From Minisyncoccota bacterium (GTDB lineage Bacteria > Patescibacteriota > Minisyncoccia > Phycocordibacterales > SBAW01): a stretch of DNA of 64,000 nt. Both the position numbers and the translations under genes were made by a program. The notes under the pieces are model-generated. The model had not been told where the DNA came from and ran no database searches. It worked only from the letters and a program-made list of their open reading frames with translations. Positions 59,124 through 64,000 of the stretch are shown here, one piece after another. Numbering within the stretch: the stretch's first letter is position 1; every line of letters begins with the position of its first letter. The stretch spans positions 649 to 64,648 of the forward strand of contig DATKGU010000001.1 in the NCBI GenBank assembly GCA_035510635.1. Direction: 5' to 3'.

Positions 59124-60344
59124 ATGCACGATCTCTCGACCGCTTTTTTTATCGCCTACAAGTCCGTCACGCGGGGCAACAAGTCGATGCTTGTCCTCAT
59201 GATGCTCATTTTGTGCCTCTCGTTTTTTAGCACGGTGTTTATACCGGGCGTGTTTTCGGGTCTCCTCGATACGATAGTTAATTTGGAAGTTGATACGTAC
59301 ACATCGCACGTTATGATAGGTCCAGAGCAAAGTCCGACGCCCAAACAGTTTATCCAAAACCAAACCGAGTTGCGCGCGGAGCTTGCCACTATCCCCGGCG
59401 TTGTGGGCACTGCGCGCACGTATCTCACCGCCGGCTCCATATCGTACGACCCGGGGCGCAATGGCGTATACAACCGCGTCTCGGCGCAGATCATAGGCGT
59501 CGATCCCTCGGAGTCGCAAAAGATACTTACCGTAAGCCATTTTTTGGTGGCAGGACAGTTTCTCTCTGATGATGATACCGACCAAATACTATTGCCCGCA
59601 GCGGTCGCGGGCGGTTATGGCCTGCCGGAGCCCAACGATCTCGGCGGCGCTAAAGTGGGCGACAAGGTGCAGGTGGTATACGGCAACGGCGTCTCGCGCA
59701 CGTACACGGTCAAGGGCATCACCAACATCTTGTTTGGTCCTGCGCTCACCAACGCATACATCACCGCAAAGGAGGCCGAGTCGGTGCTCTCGACCTACGA
59801 CAGCGCGTCGCAAATACTCGTGCGCACCACAAGCGACAGCAACGCCGATTATATAAAATCGCGCGCAGAGGAATTTGCGCCCAATCTCCATGTGCAAACC
59901 TATCTCGACCTCATCACGGCCATCAAACCTGTCCTCAATGCGTTTACCTACATTGCGCTCATCGTGAGCGTCATCAGCGTGTTGGTGGCGGCTATTACGA
60001 TCTTTGTCATGATATATATCAACGCCGTGGGGAAGCGCCGCCAAATAGGCATACTCAAAGCGATAGGCATCAAAGAGCGCGTTATTGTTTACTCCTATAT
60101 TTTCCAGTCGCTCTTTTATGTCTTGTGCGGCGTGCTGTTGGGGCTCGCGTTTGTCTTTGGTGTTGTGGAGCCGCTCCTCAGCATACATCCTATTGAGTTG
60201 CCGTTCGGGCCGCTCGCGCTTTCCTTTAGTGTCCCGCTTGTGATGGAAAGCATCGCGGGATTTCTTATCGCCGGATTTTTCTCGGGGCTTATCCCGGCGC
60301 GGATGGTTGCCCGCGAAAACATCTTAACCGCCATTTGGGGATAA
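59124..60344 (+). CDS. ABC transporter permease (FtsX/MacB type)
   Basis: RRQIGILKAIG; 1+3 TM layout. Confidence 0.88.
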   Translation: MHDLSTAFFIAYKSVTRGNKSMLVLMMLILCLSFFSTVFIPGVFSGLLDTIVNLEVDTYTSHVMIGPEQSPTPKQFIQNQTELRAELATIPGVVGTARTYLTAGSISYDPGRNGVYNRVSAQIIGVDPSESQKILTVSHFLVAGQFLSDDDTDQILLPAAVAGGYGLPEPNDLGGAKVGDKVQVVYGNGVSRTYTVKGITNILFGPALTNAYITAKEAESVLSTYDSASQILVRTTSDSNADYIKSRAEEFAPNLHVQTYLDLITAIKPVLNAFTYIALIVSVISVLVAAITIFVMIYINAVGKRRQIGILKAIGIKERVIVYSYIFQSLFYVLCGVLLGLAFVFGVVEPLLSIHPIELPFGPLALSFSVPLVMESIAGFLIAGFFSGLIPARMVARENILTAIWG

Positions 60345-60369
60345 TACCTGTGGTGAATGAAATTGAACC

Positions 60370-61041
60370 ATGATTAAGGCCGACAATATAAAAAAAACGT
60401 ATCCGGGAAAAGTCCCAACGCACGCGCTCAAGGGTGTGTCGTTTGAGATAGCCGACGGCGAGTTTATTGCCATCATGGGGCGCAGCGGCTCCGGCAAATC
60501 GACGCTCTTGCATCAGCTCTCGCTTATCGACACGCCCACCGAGGGACGGGTGTTTCTTAACAATCATGACGTGACGCATCTTTCGGATGTTCAAAAAACA
60601 GCCTTCCGCCTCGAGCATTTAGGCTACGTGTTTCAAGAGTATGCGCTTATTGCGGAGTTTAGTGCGCTCGAAAATGTGTACCTGCCTGCAATGGCGCTCG
60701 GGACCGGTGAGGCCGCATATAAAAAACGCGCGGCGGAGCTCTTAACCTTGGTGGGCCTTGGCGAGCGGCTGGAGCATTATCCGCACGAGCTCTCCGGCGG
60801 CGAGCAGCAGCGCGTCGCCATCGCCCGTGCGCTTATCAACGAGCCCGAAATTGTTTTTGCCGACGAACCGACCGCCAACTTGGACACCGCGTCTGCCAAA
60901 ACCGTGCTGGAGCTGTTTAGCAAACTCAACAAAGACCTCAAACAAACCATCGTGATGGTGACGCACGAGGAGGATGATAAAAAATACGTCGACCGCGTTT
61001 TGTGGCTCGAGGACGGGTTGATCGAAAAAATAGAACCCTAG
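60370..61041 (+). CDS. ABC transporter ATP-binding protein
   Basis: GRSGSGKST, LSGGEQQR, ADEPT. Confidence 0.94.
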   Translation: MIKADNIKKTYPGKVPTHALKGVSFEIADGEFIAIMGRSGSGKSTLLHQLSLIDTPTEGRVFLNNHDVTHLSDVQKTAFRLEHLGYVFQEYALIAEFSALENVYLPAMALGTGEAAYKKRAAELLTLVGLGERLEHYPHELSGGEQQRVAIARALINEPEIVFADEPTANLDTASAKTVLELFSKLNKDLKQTIVMVTHEEDDKKYVDRVLWLEDGLIEKIEP

Positions 61042-61047
61042 CCTGCG

Positions 61048-62049
61048 TTATAGCGCTACAATATTTTTAGGTTCGCCCTTTTCAAAGCCGGCGATATTTT
61101 CAATAGTGGTGTCGAGGATGCGGCGCACGGCTTCATTAGTGTCAAAGGCAATGTGCGGCGTGATAATTACGCGCGGGTGGTTTATGAGGTAATGATTTTC
61201 GAGCACCACTTTGAGCTCCTCCTCTTTAGGGTGTGGGCCAGAAAGCAGAGCAAGCTCATCGCTCATGTCGCCCTCCTCCTCGAGCACATCAAGCCCGGCG
61301 CCCGCGAGCGTGCCGCTCTTTAATGCGGCAATAATCGCCTCGGTCTCCACCACTGCGCCGCGCGCGGTGTTGATAAGATACGCGCCTTTTTTAATGAGCG
61401 AAATATTTTGCAAGTTTATAAGATGATGCGTGTGCTCGTTGTAGGGGACATGGAGCGTGATGATGTCGGACTCTGCCAAAAGCTCCTCAAGCGTTGCGTA
61501 GCTAAAGTTATTATTTTTTGCGAGCGCTTCATCGCGATGTGCGTCAAACACCACCACGCGCATACCAAAGCCGTTGGCGATTTTTATTGCATACATGCCG
61601 ATGTGTCCGCCTCCGACAATGCCGATGGTCTTGCCTTGCAAATCAAAACCCGTGAGTCGCTCTTGCGAGAAAGAGCCAGTCTCGGATACTTGCTCGTGCG
61701 CCTCGCACACGCGGCGCGAGAGGGCCAAGATGAGCGCAAAGGCAAACTCGGCCACGGTGTTAACGCCGTAAGAGGGGACACTCGCCACCGCAATGCCGCG
61801 CGCTTTGGCCTCGGCAAGGTCGATATGGTCAAAGCCGGTCGAGCGCGTGGCAATGAGTTTGAGTTTTGGATATTTATCAAACACCGCTGCATCCACGTGG
61901 CCGTTAACAAACGTGCAAAGCATCTCAGCCTCGGCGTCGCCCGCGCTGTCTTGCACCGCGCCAAGTGTAAAAACAATATCTAACCCCGGCAGTTTATCTT
62001 TTATATAAGCCTCCTCCCAAGCCTCCTGTCCAAAATATACGAGTTTCAT
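61048..62049 (-). CDS. D-2-hydroxyacid (D-lactate-type) dehydrogenase
   Basis: RSTGFDHID, GGGHIG, INTARG, TPHIAF. Confidence 0.9.
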   Translation of the reverse strand: MKLVYFGQEAWEEAYIKDKLPGLDIVFTLGAVQDSAGDAEAEMLCTFVNGHVDAAVFDKYPKLKLIATRSTGFDHIDLAEAKARGIAVASVPSYGVNTVAEFAFALILALSRRVCEAHEQVSETGSFSQERLTGFDLQGKTIGIVGGGHIGMYAIKIANGFGMRVVVFDAHRDEALAKNNNFSYATLEELLAESDIITLHVPYNEHTHHLINLQNISLIKKGAYLINTARGAVVETEAIIAALKSGTLAGAGLDVLEEEGDMSDELALLSGPHPKEEELKVVLENHYLINHPRVIITPHIAFDTNEAVRRILDTTIENIAGFEKGEPKNIVAL

Positions 62050-62067
62050 AGTTGTATATAGTACACC

Positions 62068-62727
62068 TTACGCATTAACATCCGACTTCACTTGGCGGAC
62101 TTCTTTTTTTAACATTTTGCCTTCTTTGTCTACTTGGTAGAGCACCACCGCGCCAAAGAGCATCTCCACATCGCGCGCCCTCTCGTGCGGTATTGACTCC
62201 ATGTATATGGTGAGCGCGCGCAGCGCATTGCCGTGCGATACCACGAGCACATTGTGTCCCTCCTTGAGCAGCGGCAAAATATGGCTTTTATAAAACGGTA
62301 TGACGCGCTCATAGACCATCTTTAATGTCTCGCCGTTGGGTACTGGGCAATCCCAATTGCGGCGGATATTATCAAACGCTTCTTCGCCTATCTTTTCTTT
62401 CATCTCCCACTTGTCTTTGCCGGTGTAGTCACCGTAGTCGCGCTCGTCGAGTGCGTGCGTATACAGGGCCGGCACACGATATTGCTCGAGCTCGTTTAAC
62501 ATGCACGAGAGCGTCTCGATGGAGCGCACCTGCATCGAGGCAAAGACGTTGTCGATGTGCACTCCTTTAATAAGCGCGCCCATCTCTTTTGATTTTTCAA
62601 ATCCGTACTCGGTGAGGTGCACGTCGCGCGTGCCGGTCCACATGCCTTTTTTGTTCCACTCCGACTCGTGGTGGCGCGCGATGATAAGTGTGCCCATCGG
62701 GCGGCGTGTAAAGAAGGGGATGTTCAT
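62068..62727 (-). CDS. gpmA: 2,3-BPG-dependent phosphoglycerate mutase
   Basis: RHHESEWN..TG, ERDYG, PNGETL, SHGNALR. Confidence 0.88.
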   Translation of the reverse strand: MNIPFFTRRPMGTLIIARHHESEWNKKGMWTGTRDVHLTEYGFEKSKEMGALIKGVHIDNVFASMQVRSIETLSCMLNELEQYRVPALYTHALDERDYGDYTGKDKWEMKEKIGEEAFDNIRRNWDCPVPNGETLKMVYERVIPFYKSHILPLLKEGHNVLVVSHGNALRALTIYMESIPHERARDVEMLFGAVVLYQVDKEGKMLKKEVRQVKSDVNA

Positions 62728-63521
62728 AGTAAATGAAATGCACGCTCCGTGCGGTGCTTCTCCGCCTCAACCACAACGCGCTCCATCATAGCCACCGCCT
62801 CGACAGGGAAGTGTCCGGATGCCGACTCTTCCGAGAGCATCACTGCGTCGGCGCCGTCCATGATGGCCGCCTCAACGTCGGTCACTTCGGCGCGCGTGGG
62901 AGTGTTGTGCTCGGTCATCGAGAGCATCATTTGCGTTGCAACAATAACCGGCTTGCCTGCGGCATTGGCTTTAGCAACGATTGTTTTTTGTACAAAGGGG
63001 ATGTCCTCAAGCGGCACCTCAGCCCCTAGGTCGCCGCGCGCGACCATCACGCCGTCGGCCGCTCTAATAATTGCATCGAGATTATCCACGGCCACTTTGC
63101 GCTCTATTTTTGCAATTATCTTTTGAGTGCCGCCGTATTTTTTTATTACCTCACGCAAAGCCTCGACATCCTCGGGGCCGCCGACAAACGAGAGCGCAAA
63201 AAACTCCACATTTTCTTTGATGCACACTGCCACCTGGGCTTCTTCTTGCGGCGTTAAGAGCGGGGCAGAGGGATCGTACGTGTGGCCAACCCTCTCGGCA
63301 ATGCGGCGCGCGGGGAGGTCGGCCAAAATAGGTGCACTCCGGCCGCAAGCTGCTGCGCCGGAGCGCGCCGCGTGTATTTGGTTGAGCGCTTCGGCCTCAT
63401 CCGGTATCCACGCAAAGTTGAGCCGTGCAACGTCCATGCCGGCCGCACTCATCGCGCAGAGTATCTCGGTGGTTTTAGAAGAGGGGCCGATAGTGGCAAC
63501 TATTTGTGCGCGCGAGCTCAT
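62724..63521 (-). CDS. pyk: pyruvate kinase, minimal form
   Basis: IVATIGP, IAKIE, MVARGDLG, ATQMM, PTRAEVTD. Confidence 0.88.
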   Translation of the reverse strand: MSSRAQIVATIGPSSKTTEILCAMSAAGMDVARLNFAWIPDEAEALNQIHAARSGAAACGRSAPILADLPARRIAERVGHTYDPSAPLLTPQEEAQVAVCIKENVEFFALSFVGGPEDVEALREVIKKYGGTQKIIAKIERKVAVDNLDAIIRAADGVMVARGDLGAEVPLEDIPFVQKTIVAKANAAGKPVIVATQMMLSMTEHNTPTRAEVTDVEAAIMDGADAVMLSEESASGHFPVEAVAMMERVVVEAEKHRTERAFHLL

Positions 63522-63529
63522 ATTTTTTA

Positions 63530-64000
63530 TTATATATTTTTTAATTCTCTCTCAATTTCCATCAATCTATTATATTTGCACACGCGCTCGCCGCGCATCA
63601 GCGAGCCGCTCTTTATAAGGGGGCAGCTGAGCCCCGCCGCGAGGTCGGCAATAAACGTGTCGGTTGTCTCACCCGAGCGATGCGAAGCAAACGGCTTCCA
63701 GCCCTGTTTTTTGGTGAGCGTCACGGCCTCAATAGCCTCGGTGACGGTGCCAATCTGATTGGGTTTAATGAGCACTGCGTTAACGGCATTTTTTTCGATA
63801 GCAGTTTGTATCCTTTTTATATTTGTCACGAGCAAATCATCACCGACGATTGTTGTTTTGCCGCCCATCGCTGCGGTGAGCGATGTAAAACCCTCCCAAT
63901 CATCCTCGGCGAGGCCGTCTTCAATAAGCATGAGAGGGAAGCGAGCTGCCAACTCTTGATACCACGCAATCATCTCACCGTTCGAAAGTGTTTTTTCCTC
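63530..64000 (-). CDS. eno: enolase (3' part; gene starts beyond window)
   Basis: IEDG, VGDDLLVTN, IKPNQIG, SHRSGET, KYNRLM. Confidence 0.95.
   Translation of the reverse strand, partial: EEKTLSNGEMIAWYQELAARFPLMLIEDGLAEDDWEGFTSLTAAMGGKTTIVGDDLLVTNIKRIQTAIEKNAVNAVLIKPNQIGTVTEAIEAVTLTKKQGWKPFASHRSGETTDTFIADLAAGLSCPLIKSGSLMRGERVCKYNRLMEIERELKNI

Overview
Core-chromosome segment of a Patescibacteria/CPR bacterium, most likely Parcubacteria (inferred from missing rpmD/L30, AT-rich SD-less starts and tRNA-Ile(UAU)). It holds the rplC-rplE and rpsN-secY-adk-map ribosomal blocks, split by an ~11 kb accessory island (tailspike-like surface protein, HTH protein, large serine recombinase, MerR-HATPase/STAS pair). 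These are followed by ndk, a compact 6S-like RNA, Fic, a second tail-fibre-like surface protein interrupted at a G9 tract, hicBA, infC-rpmI-rplT, acid proteases, an ApbE flavinylation module, tmRNA-smpB, ftsH, pyrD, recG, malic enzyme, two tRNAs, RND/ABC exporters and glycolytic genes. The standout is a DRT2-type reverse transcriptase (39284-40651) beside the tmRNA 3' end, preceded by a structured ncRNA that hides a gene. Circularising 150 nt of this ncRNA (~39011-39160) on the antisense strand creates a TTGACC-17-TATAAT promoter across the junction and a stop-free 50-codon endlessly repeating ORF. This is a Neo-like system with a new repeat length and no canonical ACA junctions. All calls are by eye; no database searches were run.
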